A DNA stretch of 64,000 bases from Marsupella aquatica (Eukaryota; Plantae; Marchantiophyta), in contig OZ316894.1 of the NCBI GenBank assembly GCA_973895155.1, forward strand, positions 3,248,944-3,312,943, in the 5' to 3' direction. The stretch's first letter is position 1; the number at the start of each line of letters is the position of its first letter. The translations under genes were made by a program, and so were the position numbers. The notes beneath the pieces are model-generated. The model saw nothing but the letters and a program-made list of their open reading frames with translations, was not told the DNA's origin and made no database searches. Positions 50,700-64,000 of this stretch are shown piece after piece.

Positions 50700-52477
50700 G
50701 TTGGTTTGATAGATTTAATCAATAATAAAGAACTAAAGATGTTTTTCACACATAGTAATCAAATTTGATTACTTCACTAAGGTATTTTGAAGATTGCTCC
50801 ACAGCGGTGAGTAGTTTTTAATGGTAACTCAGTATTGGGTAACTATAAATTAATGAAAAAGGAATGATTAACAAAACATAAGAGAAAATAATCTCAAAGT
50901 ACGCTAAGGGAGTCTGGAATAGACCAAGGTTACTCCTTAGACATAAGTCAAAATGAAAAGACTTAAGGATTCAAATCCACGTTTGTTTTTCAGATCTAAA
51001 CTGCTTACTAGAGTACCTTTTAAAATGCCGTCAACATGTCTTATCCTTTCTTTCTAAGTGGTACTCAAATAAGATCTAAAAGGTAGCTACTTCAACATTT
51101 AGATGGTACTAAACAACACGAAAGAAAATCCATCAATTTCATTAAGACATAAACTCAATGAGTTAACTTTAAGAACTCAGGAGATTGTAATAAATCACCA
51201 AAAAGGAATCTATCATCACAACTCAAAAAATTTGCACAAAAGGAATTTTATTTCTTGTGTTTATAATCATAGGTAAAAACACAAGAAGGAGGTAAGTCTC
51301 TCCAAATGTTAAACCTGATCTCGAACTCATAGATTCATGATCAACTAGTTTAACACAAGGAAAAGGCAAAAATGCATAACTTAACCATCAACTACACTAG
51401 TGGTGGAGGGGTCTTATAGTAAAAATCTACACAGTAAGAGGTCATAAAGTCGAAGAGACATGCCTCTTCATACTCTTCAAAAAGTTAAAATGACGATTCA
51501 GTAAGTGAAAAGACAAAAATCTGGCTAAGTCTGAACTCGTAAACTAGTAAAAGTTGTGAACTAGTAAACTCTTAAACTCGTAAAAGTCTAACTAAGTCAT
51601 AACTCGTAATAATTGCAACAGAAGTAAAAACTTGGCAAATTCAACTATTTTTAACTTCTTATTCGTAGCTCAGAAAAGCCTCAAATTTTGCCAGAAGGCT
51701 TTCCTAAGTACAGACTACATGCTAAAGAAGTATGACAAGCTTTTAAAGCTCTAGAACACATTTCTAAAAATCGGACAAGATGCACTACTCTAAACAAACT
51801 AGAAACTCTTAGGACTTCTCCTCAAGCTTGTTGTCGGATGTCTTCTGGTTCGAGTAGCTCCACTGCTGTAACTGTTTGATTTTGTGTAACTTCCATTAAT
51901 TGGCGTGGGGATCCTCGAGAATAGGGTAGGCATCTCAGTTGCCTTTCAGGATACATCAGGGGCATTCTCTTCCTTAGATAACTTATGTCTATTCGAAGAG
52001 CTTCTCTATATATCCCAATCACGTCATAATTATTGCAAGTAGCAGCATATACTTGGGGATAATGGTATAGGAATTCATCAAAGTTCAGCATCCTGGAATA
52101 GAAAGGGTGAAGCCTCCATTTGACATCTCTGAAATACCGGTTGAAGTTGGCCAGAGTTTGAGAGGTAAGATGGAAGAGAAGTCAGTAATGAGCACCTATG
52201 TCTTGCATTCCTTCCCTTTCAAGGTGAGCTCTTCATCCGTTGTGGAGTCCCGTTGAACTAGTCGTAAGATGTCACGATCACAGGGTCGCCAACTCTTAAG
52301 GCGTAACTCGTAAAGCAGTGAACTAGTAAACTTGTAAACTGAGTTTACTCGTAACTTAGGAACTTAGTAACTTTGAATGCTGTTTCAGTTACAGTTAGCA
52401 ATAATTGCAGTCTAAACACCGTAAAAATTTAAAAATTTTCAGTTTCTTCATGCTTTTGGAATTACCCACTATTTACA
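50700..52477. mobile_element. Possible LTR-retroelement remnant with AACTCGTAAA/AACTAGTAAA repeats and a short gag-like minus ORF (51822-52091)
   Basis: Repeated aactcgtaa/aactagtaa motifs at 51530-51610 and 52300-52370; ends in ..TTACA; PFYSRMLNFDEFL is only weakly gag-like. Confidence 0.3.
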
Positions 52478-52820
52478 ATCTCCTCTCCTAATTCCATATT
52501 GCTTCACAATTCAGGAAAGGATACTATTTAGTGTGAAACCTGATGTAACCAGGTTTTTGTCATGGCTAGTGGTGGTTTAAAAACACAAGACAGTTGCAAC
52601 TGCTTGTAGAACAGCCAGTTTTGTGACCGCACTTGAATGCTTTTAATTTTTCCTATCTGCCTAGCTTTAAATAGAATAGAGTCAATGAGTAGAACACACT
52701 CACCTGGGGCCAAGTCACCAAAGGTGCCACAAATGGTTGAGGCTGAACAGAGTCCTTTTGCTGCCAGTAGGGCAGTGTCATGAGACCTGCCAACAAATGA
52801 TAAATAATGCATCCATATAA

Positions 52821-53563
52821 TAGCATGTTCATCTTGGAACATGCTTCATTTTTTGTTTTTTAGTGATGTGCCGGTGATCTAATTTTTTGTGGCAAATATA
52901 AACTGGACAGTCATATTGACTAGGAAAATTACAAGTCTATGATATTGAAAAGTTGTGCACACAAAGTACAAGAGTAAAAGTACATATGTAAAGAAAAATA
53001 ATAATGACCAGGAAAAGTATCTATGTACTCGATATTGTACTGTGGGTACAATATTGGTTGAAAGTGAAATGTACACTATTTTTAAATATTGTACTGTGGG
53101 TATAATATTCATTGAAATAGAGTGAACTTTTTAAACTTTAATTTTGAGCTGCATTTTTAGGGGCTCTTAATTTATTCAGGCGACACTTATTGATGTAAAC
53201 CACAAGAATTGTAAAGATATCAACCAATGGGGATATAAGCTACAATACATCCAACTGTTGAGTTCTAGTTGCCCGGTTGAGCCTGGTGGAGAGTGTCTCG
53301 TTCTCAGAAATAAGGACTAATTGAACAGACCAAAGTAGAGTCATAAAAAGATCAACGTTTAATACCCTAAAGTACGTGATTGAAACCAAGGCATTTAAAA
53401 AATTAGGGGGGTTAGAAGAAATTACTAAATTTGAAATAATACAAAACAAAAGCCTAGACTAGGTCAAATGCATAAAAAAAAACATGACAAGTAACATGCA
53501 TAAGACAAAACAACCAAAAGGTGTTCTACCATATAGCCTAAAAATTTCATCCATATATGGATG
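52821..53563 (-). mobile_element. Second copy of the long-TSD AT-rich element; 17-bp direct repeat
   Basis: ataatgcatccatataa at 52804-52820 and 53564-53580; both ends (tagcat..catc.tggaacatg; taagacaaaa..accatatagc) match 23859-24476. Confidence 0.75.
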
Positions 53564-53924
53564 ATAATGCATCCATATAAATTGTAACCCATTAGTGTAG
53601 TTTTGCGGTTGTGTTTCAATTGTCCTTACTGTCTGCTATACGTTATATATAACTCAGCTAGGAAGGAACGCAGATTTAACAGGATCCATTAGAACGAATC
53701 CCTTGCAGGTACATACGCCCGTGATCGAGGTATATACCAGTTGGTCCTTTAAACAGGAATATCACTTTGTTTTGAGGGGTTTAGAGTTTGGATACTAACA
53801 GAGGATGTAGGCTGCGAACGTGTGAAATTAGTCATAGAGATATTTACACTGTCTATAAATCCCGCGTAAATATTACTTCTAGGATTCGAGTTTTCCAGTG
53901 CGTTTTCTAGTCTGTTGTTCTCAT

Positions 53925-54057
53925 ATAGTTGTCTCAAGAGATGCCGGCTGTTGGCCTAACAAAGCCTCTCTCCGGAACTTATACGTTTTCAAATAGTTGT
54001 CTCAAGAGATGCCGGCTGTTGGCCTAACAAAGCCTCTCTCCGGAACTTATACGTTTT
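53925..54057. repeat. Perfect 65-bp tandem duplication (period 68)
   Basis: atagttgtctcaagagatgccggc...cttatacgtttt at 53925 and 53993. Confidence 0.92.
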
Positions 54058-56159
54058 GCAAAATTGGCTTCTCTTCCAGGGCTTCAATTGGCACCTTCCG
54101 ATTCAACTTCGACTGTTTTGCTGTGCATGTTTTCATATGTACATGCCAGCGATGATCACGAAGAATTCTGGTCATGAATCCGCTGCTATATATGAGGTGT
54201 GATTGACCTGCGGATTGACCATGCACCGCCCAAATTTGGAAAGAAGATCAGAACGCATGATTCAGTTATATCGCTTAATAATTTCTTTCACAACTGCGAC
54301 CAGAAGCCTATAACTGAAGAAGTTAAACCCCGGAGTTAAACAACCCATTGTCGGCAGAGGGGAATTCAATGACTATCCGGACAAGTCATTGGGACCTTCC
54401 CCAGCCGCATGTGCTCCAAGTTTTAGCTAGAGGACTGCGTCCAGCATAATTAATTCATCGTCGAATCAAACTATATGCATGCATCGGACAGTGCCAAGGT
54501 GAGTACCAATGCTGTCTGTCAGGCCAGGGCCTATACAACTCAGTCACAAAAATCTTGATCAATTAGAGATTAACGCCTTACTGCTGTTAATTATAGTCAG
54601 ATTAACTGCAGATGTAGAGAAAGATTTGATCGAAAGATTACGTGAAGTCTAGCAGTCGTCGTATATACATACTTTCAACAACTCAAAAATATTTGCACAT
54701 CTTTGAATTATTTCTGACGTAGGAGACGCATCTTCACAAAGGAAACTGAAGTCCCTTGTACTGGAAGGTGAGCTGCACTCTTCAGGCCAGGCCAGGCTTA
54801 TATGGTAGAAGGTTTCTGTGTTCGACCCGCTACAGAACGCAACTCAGTTATGATTTTGCCGGCTCTTGACATGTCAATGTGGAGCGAATTCTGTTAATAA
54901 TTGGACAGCAAATTTGTGAAAAACAATTCTGACCTGGAATGCGAGCAAAATGTGAGATTGACAGAAAACTAAGATTATAGAAGACAGGCCAAAAAGTGAT
55001 GGCGGTATGGTATCATCCCATCGGGGAACTCAGGAGACACAAATATGTCATTCTTGTCGTAAGTCCACTTGTTTTTATATATGGAGCCAGAATGTACATG
55101 GAACATGGGGCTTCACTCCAGGCTAGGTCAATTCAATAATGTTTTGGGCATCCCCTCATGTTTGTTACTAGCCCATTAATGCTCTTGTTTTACACCATCT
55201 TCATTGAGATTATGTTTTACTTGTGGTCGGGTTATCACTGTTACTATATTGTCCTTGTGGTTGGGTGATGGATTTTGGCCATTAAAAATCAACCATAGGT
55301 CTCTCAAAGAGTTAAATAAAAGTTTTTTTTCTTTTCTCACTAGCCTAGTGACTTATGGTCATGACATATGACTAATATTTAGGACAAAAGGTGACTTTGG
55401 TAGTTCATAATCTTTTCTGTCCCTAAATTTTAGCTTAACTACCAAGTTAAAGGCCCATCAAATTTTGACATTTTAGACCCCATACTAAAAAGGAGCCGAT
55501 ACGTTTAGCTAAGGACGATTGCCTAAGAGTCACCGAACTCCTCTAGCTGCAACTCCGATTCATTCCCCCCCAAATTTTGGGTGAGTCTGTGCCAGTATGC
55601 AAAGAGATAGCTCGTCAAGATATATAGCACTCGCACTTCGGTCCAAGAGCTCCAATCGTAGGTGTTGCGAGACTTCGAGGTAAGGCATTACAAGAATATA
55701 TGCGGTATGTAGACTGGCGAGTGGTGACTGCACATTTGCTTCTCTCCAAACTCCTAACTTAAGTTTTATTATTAGTTCGTGGCAGAGATGACTTCGATCC
55801 CAATGCACCATTATCGACCGTGAATGAACGTGAGCAGGGAGATGCATTTTCTGTCAATGCCTGATGCTACATTACTGTCAACATACGCGGTCGAGAGAAG
55901 TTTGTCTGCGTGCACCCAGTTCGTCTAATTATGCAAATGAATGTCGTCATATGAGTTGAATTGAAATCCAGTAGTGACAAGGTACTTGATTGGTTTGAAT
56001 TGCAGGGGCTCGGACCAAGATTTATAGAAGGCTACGACAGCGATCGTCGAATCTGTAGGAAATTCCAGGGCTACGCAACTAGCTCCTAGTCTCGTTCAGT
56101 TTCCCACTAAGTAACTGGGAATAGTCGCTTGCGTTGAAGTTGAATTTCAACACTCAAAA

Positions 56160-57096
56160 ATGGATCAGCATCACAATCCAATTTTCCTTCATCTCTTAGT
56201 ACTCGTGTTCGTGGGCCTTGCCCTCCTCCCTCCCGCCTCTTCTTCGAAACCCCCCACGATCAGTCCCCATGGCACCCTCTCCATTAGCACATCCGACAAT
56301 ATAACCACTGTAGTTATCTACAACCCGCCAATAAACCTCTTCGACTTGAAGCTCGGAGCGGATCTGTTTGCCTTCTTAAGCTCCCTAGATCCCTCTAACC
56401 GCACCACGCCACCGCCCAAGGTGGTGATCTTTCGCAGCGGCGATCCTGAACTCTTCATAGCGCATCTCGACCTCCACGCGTTTCTGCCCCCTATTACCCC
56501 TGAGAAGACTCTTCTGACACAACTGTACCCTAAGCGGGCTTGCTCTACTCCAAAATTTGACGACGACTGTGTTCATTGGGGAACTCAATGGGGAAACGAC
56601 CGCCGGTGGCAGTGACTTTCTTCTCCAAATGGACATGCGATTTGCAGGCCCGAAAGCACGCCTTGGGTCGTTGGAGACGTCAATTGGCCTTACGTTGGCC
56701 TCAGGCGGGATGCAGTATCTTGGTCGGCTGATCAACAAGGGGAGGGCCATGCAGTATCTGCTCTCGGGAGATAGCGTGGACTGCAAGACCGGGAAGGAGA
56801 ACGGCTTGTTCAATGATTGTTTTCGAAGCCAGGAGGAATTGGAGGAGACTGTTTTCGCGTTGGCGAAGAGGATTGCCTTGAGGCCGGAGCAAGGACTGCA
56901 AGGGACCAAGGTCGCGCTGCAATCGCTAAATCCCCCCGCCAGCGTGCTTGCGGCAGACCAGATTGCTATTCAGCCGTTGTTTGCGAGTCCAGTAGCGCTT
57001 GCGTTGATCCAGAAGTTCCTGGTGCTGGATAAGAATCAAACGAGGAGCCCGTTTGAGTTGGGGTTGGATGCTACGCTGGCAGAATTATATCAGTAG
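56160..57096 (+). CDS. Enoyl-CoA hydratase/isomerase (crotonase-fold) protein, intronless, with N-terminal signal-like peptide; one +1 frameshift at CCC 56528-56530 (about 311 aa if corrected)
   Basis: NPPINLFD, KVVIFRSGDPELFIAHLD, IGELNG..AGGSDFLLQMDMRFAG..ARLGSLETSIGL..GG.QYL.RLI..GRAMQYLLSG..D...G..N; hydrophobic FLHLLVLVFVGLALLPPASS N-terminus. Removing one C joins ORFs 56160 and 56557 as LTQLYLSGLALLQNL. Confidence 0.88.
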
Positions 57097-57839
57097 TCAA
57101 TGAAGAACTTCCAGTTTTTTATAAAGAAATGTCGTCAGTTACATTCTCAAAACAGTAATCTCAACGAGCCGCAACGTTGAGGGTTTACCTGAATCCTTGG
57201 TTTGGCACCGTCAGAAGACTGCCCGATTTTTTTCCCTTATGGTCTTTAAGGTTAGTGATGGAAGCGGGACGCTGCAGCTATAGACCATTTTACTGCTTAG
57301 AGATCTTTGTTTCCCGTATTTTAGTGTCATATCTACATATCAAAAGCCGAGTAAAATGTCTGATACAACTTTGAGTACCATTAGCATACATTCCCCCACC
57401 GGACTCGTGGGCTTATCGGGCTGTCATGATGTGAGATTCACAGACTCTAAGGTTAAAGTTTTTGGTTACTTTAGAGGAGCACCAAAAATGGCCATCACAA
57501 ACATCACAGATATGAATCACCCGAGCACAGAAATACATCCACGGTGCAGATCTGGAAATTGTTGATTTAATTGGTGTTTTGCCAAGTCGAGAGAGCTTTT
57601 TTGTCATGCATTCTTGAGGTTTAAGCTCCCGTAAAGTGGGACTGGTTTCTTTCTGCTTGGATGGGATGTTCCCACACAGAGCACCTACGTAATTTGGAGC
57701 ATAGATTGATATTCTTTGCTTGCCACATCTGGGCCCTTGTTTGTAGACTTTATTGCCCACTTCTGGTCCCAGAAATCTGGCTTCAATTATTTCATACTCA
57801 TTCCACTGTTATATAATTCTTTGCGCGCCGAAATCTGGT

Positions 57840-58420
57840 TTAACAGCGTTATCTTTCGTGGTTTATGAAGTCTGTCGAACTCTCGATCTGCACACTACTC
57901 TTCGATTTTTCTGCTGCCTGTGTTGAACCAGGGGGCAATCGATTGAGACAGACAGTACCACCACCGCTCACACATAGAGTTGGCTTTCAAGGATTTCATT
58001 GTCCTGAGTGGTGGAATTGGATCCAATTCGAAACTTCACTTCAGCAGCGATCTTGCAATTCCCTGCGCTTCCCAATTCCAGTCAGCACAATAGATAATTA
58101 TTGCATGTAGTTACTATCAGGGTTCATAGCAAGTGCTCGGTCAAGAAAGACATCCCGAAACTCTATCTACATCATCAATTGTGCACTCGAAATATGGTGG
58201 GAACTTCTCAGAGGTACTGTTATCTGGTATCTGTGGATGCGAAGGCGTCAAGTCGCATTTCATGTCGCACAAATGTGGTCCAACTTTACGGCAACATTTT
58301 GGCATTTCATGGAGAAACCTGATCAAATTGAAGGGAGCAGATGCAACAAAAACTGAGCTGCTGTGGTCCCCGCTATGGTCTCAATTCAACGTATTTGTGG
58401 AGTTCACCTGTGGGTCGTTG
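57840..58420 (+). pseudogene. Decayed L1-type LINE ORF2 C-terminal fragment
   Basis: EIWWELLRGTVIWYLWMRRRQVAF resembles the W..LR...W.IW..RN...F tail of plant L1 ORF2; upstream TLLFDFSAA resembles the H.FF.C zf-RVT end. Confidence 0.55.
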
Positions 58421-58677
58421 TAACCTGTGTGGCCGTTTCTCGTCCTAATGTTCTAATTTGGATGAGTGTGATTTTAAGGATAGTTGAGAGTCTGCTCTGG
58501 CGATTTCTCTATTAAAGAGATAAATGCCTGCCCGGATCCTCCTGGTTTGGAGTATGTGACAACACTGTAAGCTACTCTCCTTTTAAAATGAGATATTTTC
58601 TAATTCTTTTAAGAGCACAAGTTGACTTTCATTAGTTAATGTGCTTTATTTTCATTAGGAGTGGTCTTCCGCTCCAC

Positions 58678-59150
58678 TTTTGTTTGTTTGTTTGTTTGCC
58701 TTGAAACCCAAAAGCTGACCCATCCCATTTTTTTGGTGTTGCCTTGAAACCTTTTTGTTTTGTTTTGTTTTGCCTTGAAACCTAAAGTTGACCCATCCAA
58801 CAAAGGATAGAGGATCAACTCTGGAACATGCACCTCTATAGAGTAGCCAACAAGGGGGGTCATACCCAACTAAGGGGGGTCATACCCAACTCCAGAACAT
58901 GCACCTCTATATACTGCCCACAAGGGGGGTCATACCCAGGACTAGGAGGGAGAGGGTTGGACCAGAGCCCAAGCAGACCAGCCAGGGCTGAAGAAAAACC
59001 AATACTCCCACCACTACACCTCATTCACACACACTCACTCTAAATTTGCATGTGGAGGGGGGGTTGAATCTAGGATCTCTCAATTCTAGGCTCATCACGT
59101 AGCCAACTGACCATCTAGGCTCATCACCTGGCCAATTGACCACAGCCACT
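58678..59150 (-). mobile_element. tRNA-derived SINE (family A), copy 3, inserted into a satellite of about 80 bp
   Basis: (TTTG)n at 58678-58698 is the minus-strand (CAAA)n tail; body and head are homologous to copies 1 and 2. Confidence 0.75.
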
Positions 59151-59632
59151 TGGTTGGGCTCCACCTTTTATGGTGAGTACACTATTCAGGTTCTCATTAT
59201 GAAGTGCACAAGTTGATTCTCAGTAGGTATGTGCTTCAGTTTCATTAGGAGTGGGCTTGGGCTCCACTTTTTATGGTGAGTACACTCTGTGCAAGAGTTG
59301 ACTCTCATTAGGAATGGGCTTCAGTTTCATTAAGAATGGGCTTGGGCTCCACCTTTATGGTGAGTACACTGTGCACAAGTTGACTCTCATTAAATAGGAA
59401 TGGGCTTCATTTTCATCAGGAGTACGTGGGCTTGAGCTCCACCATTTATGGTGGATACACTGTGCACAAGTTGACTTTCATTAGGATTGGGCTTCATTTT
59501 CATTTTTCTTTAGGAGTGGGCTTGGGCTCCACCTTTTCTGGTGATTATACACCAGAGGACACAAATTGGGTCTTACTAGGAATGGGCTTCAGTTTCATTC
59601 GAAATGTGCTTGAGCTCCACCTTTTATGGTGA
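59150..59632. repeat. Tandem repeat of about 80-85 bp, about 5-6 degenerate copies; one more unit at 58612-58680
   Basis: gcacaagttgactctcattagg..gggcttcagtttcattagg..gggcttgggctccacctttatggtgagtacact, repeated. Confidence 0.85.
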
Positions 59633-61552
59633 GTAGATTGTTCACCACAGGAAAAGAATGAACACTGGCGAGACAAGGAATGAGGCTTTTATACGGGAAG
59701 ACAAAAATTAGGACAAAAAATTGCTATATGGCGTAACTCTAGTACATGTTTTTTTCCTGTTTCATTTTAGCAAAAAATCAGAGTTTTAATGTGCTGTTAA
59801 GATAAGACATTCATCAAAATAACTACACTCCTTATGATTTTCAAACCCCCGTAACCAAAAAAATAAACCATTACTTTTTATTTATGTTTTTGCCCCTTAA
59901 AATAAATGTAAGTTTACATTTAAGCCAAATCCCAACAATGGCGGGATTGTTACCCTGCACAGTACTTGCAACAGCGGCAGGCCCTGCAGATGGCAAATGA
60001 CACCAATGTTACACTGTGCACATGGCAAACGACACCATTCTTTTACATCCTGCACACGGCCAGCTACAACAACAACAACAAATTCCAATGTGAGACGCAA
60101 CCAGACACCAAGCAATGGCCAGAATTTTTCCAGGAAAGGGGCTGTTTGAGCAATGGTGGAAATTTTTTCAATCTTATGACAGCAAATGCAAACTTAAAAC
60201 ACTGTCAGGAATTGAACCCTGAACTGTCCAGCGAAGTCGACAGTCTTCCAAGCACAGTTAAGTCTAGTAGCCCAGCCCTATCGTGAGGATACGAGCTCCA
60301 TCCGTTGCCCTGCACTGATGTAATACATTTCCAAAAGATTCAGCACTCTTCTTCCAGCCGGGCTTCCAGCACCGCTCTCTGAATGGGATTTCGCTTCTAA
60401 CATCGAACAAAGGATCCGACGCGAATGCAAAAAGCATTCCTTAAAAGAAGTGGGCTATATCCAGGGCAATACCTACGGGAGCATCTATATACGATGTTCT
60501 CAGCCCACATCGACAGTGGCTTGTGCTCTAATTGGAGTTTGTTCACCGAAGCTCTGTCTGTATGGTAACGCTACCATTCTATTCAGAGGAACTGGAAGTA
60601 CATGTAGTTGAGACTTAGGCAAACATCCAATTTCTCTGGGCTCGTCAAAGTTCGAGTATTCCTTAGTATAGCTGCAAACACCCTGAAGGCGAATCCGAAC
60701 ATTGCACAATGCACTGAAATCAGAATGAAAGAGAGAGGACCAAAAGCTAGCACACAGCCAAGGCCAAAATTGAGCGCAGCCTTTACAGCCAAGCGACCAA
60801 ACACACAGCCAAATAGAGCAGCAAGACCAAAATGACCTGAAAAAGCCAAAATTAGCCAACCACCAGCAGCTAGCAAAATGAGCACAAGCAACAGACGCCG
60901 AAGCAAAAACACAGCCAAAATGAACCCTGAAACAACCGAAAGAGCCACACAAAAATGAGCCGAAACGACACAGCAGCTCAGCCCCCAGCACTCCATTTGT
61001 GCATAGGTACCAGTTTGAGCACGAGCTACCATTTGAGATCAGCCCCTAGTATAATTCCATTTGAGCGCAGCAACCACCCCCCTCCATTCGAGCACAGCAG
61101 GTTGAGGCACCCTCTATTCAAGCACAGCTCAACCCCCAGCACTAGATTTCAACAACAACAAGCCCAACAGCAAATAGTGCTTTGACATGCCCTATTAGCG
61201 GGAATGATGTGAGACCCTAAAAACATATATTTTCCTCGCCCTTATGTACTTTCAAGCAGCCATTTTTTTACTATGTTTACCCTTCAAAAACTTTAAGTAA
61301 AGTTTTGTTTTGAGTTAAACAATGCTTATAAAGAAAAGATAAGTATCACATAAGTTAATTAGAAACCTAAATTTTGCGGTCATTCAATTGGCATTTTCTT
61401 CCCACTCAATGCAACTTACTCCGCCTCTCCACTTAGTTGATAGTACATCCTACATCTCCTATACTTTGCGGTTTCATTGTATGGAGGAATCCCATCACTT
61501 GTGATTAAGGCCTCAGATCCCCTAAAATGTAAGAAAACCAATTCTTTGTTAA

Positions 61553-61742
61553 CCCTTGTAAAGTTGGAATATTCTCAAATTTTGATTAAAAAGACCATAT
61601 TGTTCTTATAAGTCTCAAATTGGATTTAAAATACCTATATATTGTTTTTCTCAGAAATTTCTTAAGTCTTCCCTTGGAACCAATAAAATAACACTATCTT
61701 TTGTTGCATGCGATGTGTCATTTTTGTCGAAGTGAAATCCCC
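61553..61742 (-). repeat. Inverted copy of the 37155-37345 repeat
   Basis: ttcttaagtcttcccttggaaccaataaaa..tgtcatttttgtcgaagtgaaatcccc. Confidence 0.65.
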
Positions 61743-64000
61743 GAGCTCCTATACAATCCATAGACCACAAAACTAAATAATTATATGTATTATTATATGG
61801 TTGTACAATCATCAACTTGTCTATCATGTTGCTCCCTACACTCTCAAATAGTATCGCATGGTGGATACCATACACTATGAATAGGAAGCTAGACACTATA
61901 GGTTACATATTCAAGGCATCAATTCTCTACCTTGCTTCACAAACTGTTCCATGACTGGATTATTTTCATATAAGGGAGGGGAATTGAGCCAATGTGAACT
62001 TACAAATCATTTGCTTGAGCTCATGGCATAAGTGACCTTTCATGAAGGTCACTTGAATGCAAAAAAAGGGTAAGTCTCCCAATACCAATTGTGTGGCAGT
62101 CAACACCTCGGTATTGGGCTTATCACGAGATTTTCACTCTTCTATGATGATGATAGAATAAAATAAATACAAAGTATATCCTAGTTGTTCTTCGAACAAA
62201 CTAGCCTCTTACTTGCAATTATAAACAAGACTTAAAGTGTAAACTGCAAAATTTAGGGGTACCAAAGGAGGCAATCTGAACTAAGTACAACCACTTTGTA
62301 AGGGAGGGATATGCTTAATAGACCCCCTCCTGGACATAGTTTGCTTGATCAACCCCCTGGAAACATTTTTGCCCCAATCGACCCCCTCTTTATGATCCGT
62401 ACCCTTTGTTCTTCTATAAGTTATTATAGAGTGAGTTTCTGCCTTATAAAGACCAAATTGGGTCACTTGTCACTGTAACCATTTCAACCACGAACTATGC
62501 TCAGAATCACAGTGACCGAGTGTTGTCAAGCCGCAACCGTTCCCGGCACTAGAAGAAACCGGCCCGTTTTGAGACCTGGAGATGTGTGACTTGTCCAAGA
62601 CCTTCATGAAATAGCGACTCCAAGGTTGTTGGTGTCATGTTAGTCACACCTTCTTGACTGAGTTTTGGTGAAGTTTTGCCAAGTCATGTTTACAACTTTT
62701 AGGTAAGTTGCAACTATAACTTAGTTAAGGCAATTAGGGTGAAGTTATACAAGTGACTCTACATTAGAGTACAACTTATGAGACCACTACATTTGAACCC
62801 TTAAACCTTAAAGTATGGGATCCGCGACCATATACATATGATTTTGGATACACCATATGTCATTCCACATCAATTTAATAATAGTTTAGTCATACCATTC
62901 TAAACCATAATTACTTGATCTTAGATAGCATTAGTTTTCTTTTAGGCTCATCATTTGTGCTCTTAATTAATGAGCATGCAACAAGGCTATTGTAAGGTTA
63001 ATCCTAGCCCTGTGCGTTCATTTAATCTTTGCTCATATTGTGTTGTGTCAAATTTTCTTTAGGGTTTACAGCTCATGTCAACGCAAAGTGGTCGAGTGTC
63101 ACTGGGTTCAGTTCTCTCACTAAGTGTTAAGGTATGCATTGTGCGTTGCCTTTGGATACGAGTTTAGGGTGCACGGGTTTTTCAACAGGAAACACACCAG
63201 CAGAGTGCAAATGGGAGTTGAAGGTGCGCGGGAACTCGGAGGTTTTTGTCAAGGAAAAACTTGGATGTCCATTGTGCTTACCAACAACCATCGTTTAGGG
63301 CGAGGAGCTTTACGGACTTCCGCTTGTCGTGCTTGAGTGTACATCTGCCCTCTATACTTTTGGGAGCTTTGGACTAGAGCAGATGATCGGAAGCCTCGGA
63401 CGAGAGACACAAACTCCAATATCCAGCTCGTAGATCAATCCGTGATTGATTTTGTCAGGTGTGCGACCTTCAAGCTCTTCTCCATTGTGCGCTTCCAGTT
63501 GAATGCTGCAAGGTCTGAATACTATCGGGAGCTCGCATTTGGGCCAAGGTTTAGGTATTTTGTCATTGGAGGACTGAGCTGTGGGTTTAGGCCGACTTAC
63601 TATGAGCTTATGTTGTTGCAGCTGTGACCAATAACTGAGGAGCTGCGACCAGGAGCTTATTTTGTTGCAGCACTGCCGTGGACAAGGGGTTGTGGAGGAT
63701 CGGGGAGCTGCGACGTAGAACTGAGGAGCTGCGAAAAAGTGGGGAGTGATCTTGAAGGCCAACTATCTAGCGTGAGGTGGATCATCGTGGTTGCAACAGC
63801 GATCGGGCCCTTTTTTGCATTGGCATTGTCAGTAAGACAATCTGTGGACGCGCGAAAGAGTCGCAAGGAGTTGTTCTTGTGGGCAGAGATTGGAGTTCAC
63901 ATTTGGTAAGTCCACCTCAATAATGACATACATTATAGGTGGAGGCAATGTTATGGCCTCTTGTTGTCTTTAAACTCATTCTCCACTCACAAGAGAATGA

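Noticed and set aside
56385-56909. 174-aa minus-strand ORF
   Set aside because: Antisense shadow of the enoyl-CoA hydratase gene.
60500-61032. Hydrophobic 149/163-aa ORFs resembling membrane proteins
   Set aside because: They arise from (A/C)-rich degenerate repeats (agccaaaa); low-complexity artefact.
63124-63910. Several 70-136-aa ORFs on both strands
   Set aside because: No recognisable motif or convincing splice structure; cannot support a call.

Overview
This is eukaryotic, transposon-rich land-plant DNA with GT-AG introns, LTR, CACTA, MITE and SINE elements, and C>T decay at CG/CHG sites. A bryophyte or liverwort origin is my inference only. The main elements are: (1) a complete but decayed Ty1/copia LTR retrotransposon (5073-12282; 334-bp LTRs, AACTG TSD, tRNA-iMet PBS) with a MITE inserted in gag; (2) a complete 10,081-bp CACTA/En-Spm transposon (12667-22747; 12-bp TIR, TGA TSD) with divergently oriented TnpD-like and TnpA-like genes; (3) a decayed Sola-like/DUF7869-type transposase interrupted by a solo LTR; (4) several MITEs, two tRNA-derived SINE families and tandem repeats; (5) a relic of an extra-large G-protein (XLG) gene; (6) an intronless, signal-peptide-bearing, microbial-type enoyl-CoA hydratase gene with a 1-bp frameshift. 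The most notable observation is inside the CACTA element. An intact 319-codon SET-domain (lysine methyltransferase-like) exon lies in the first coding intron of the transposase gene. Its splice acceptor is in the same phase as the transposase acceptor, so one Cys/His-containing first exon could be spliced to either SET or transposase. This is a candidate transposon-encoded chromatin-modifying system. All domain calls come from motif recognition by eye; no searches were run.
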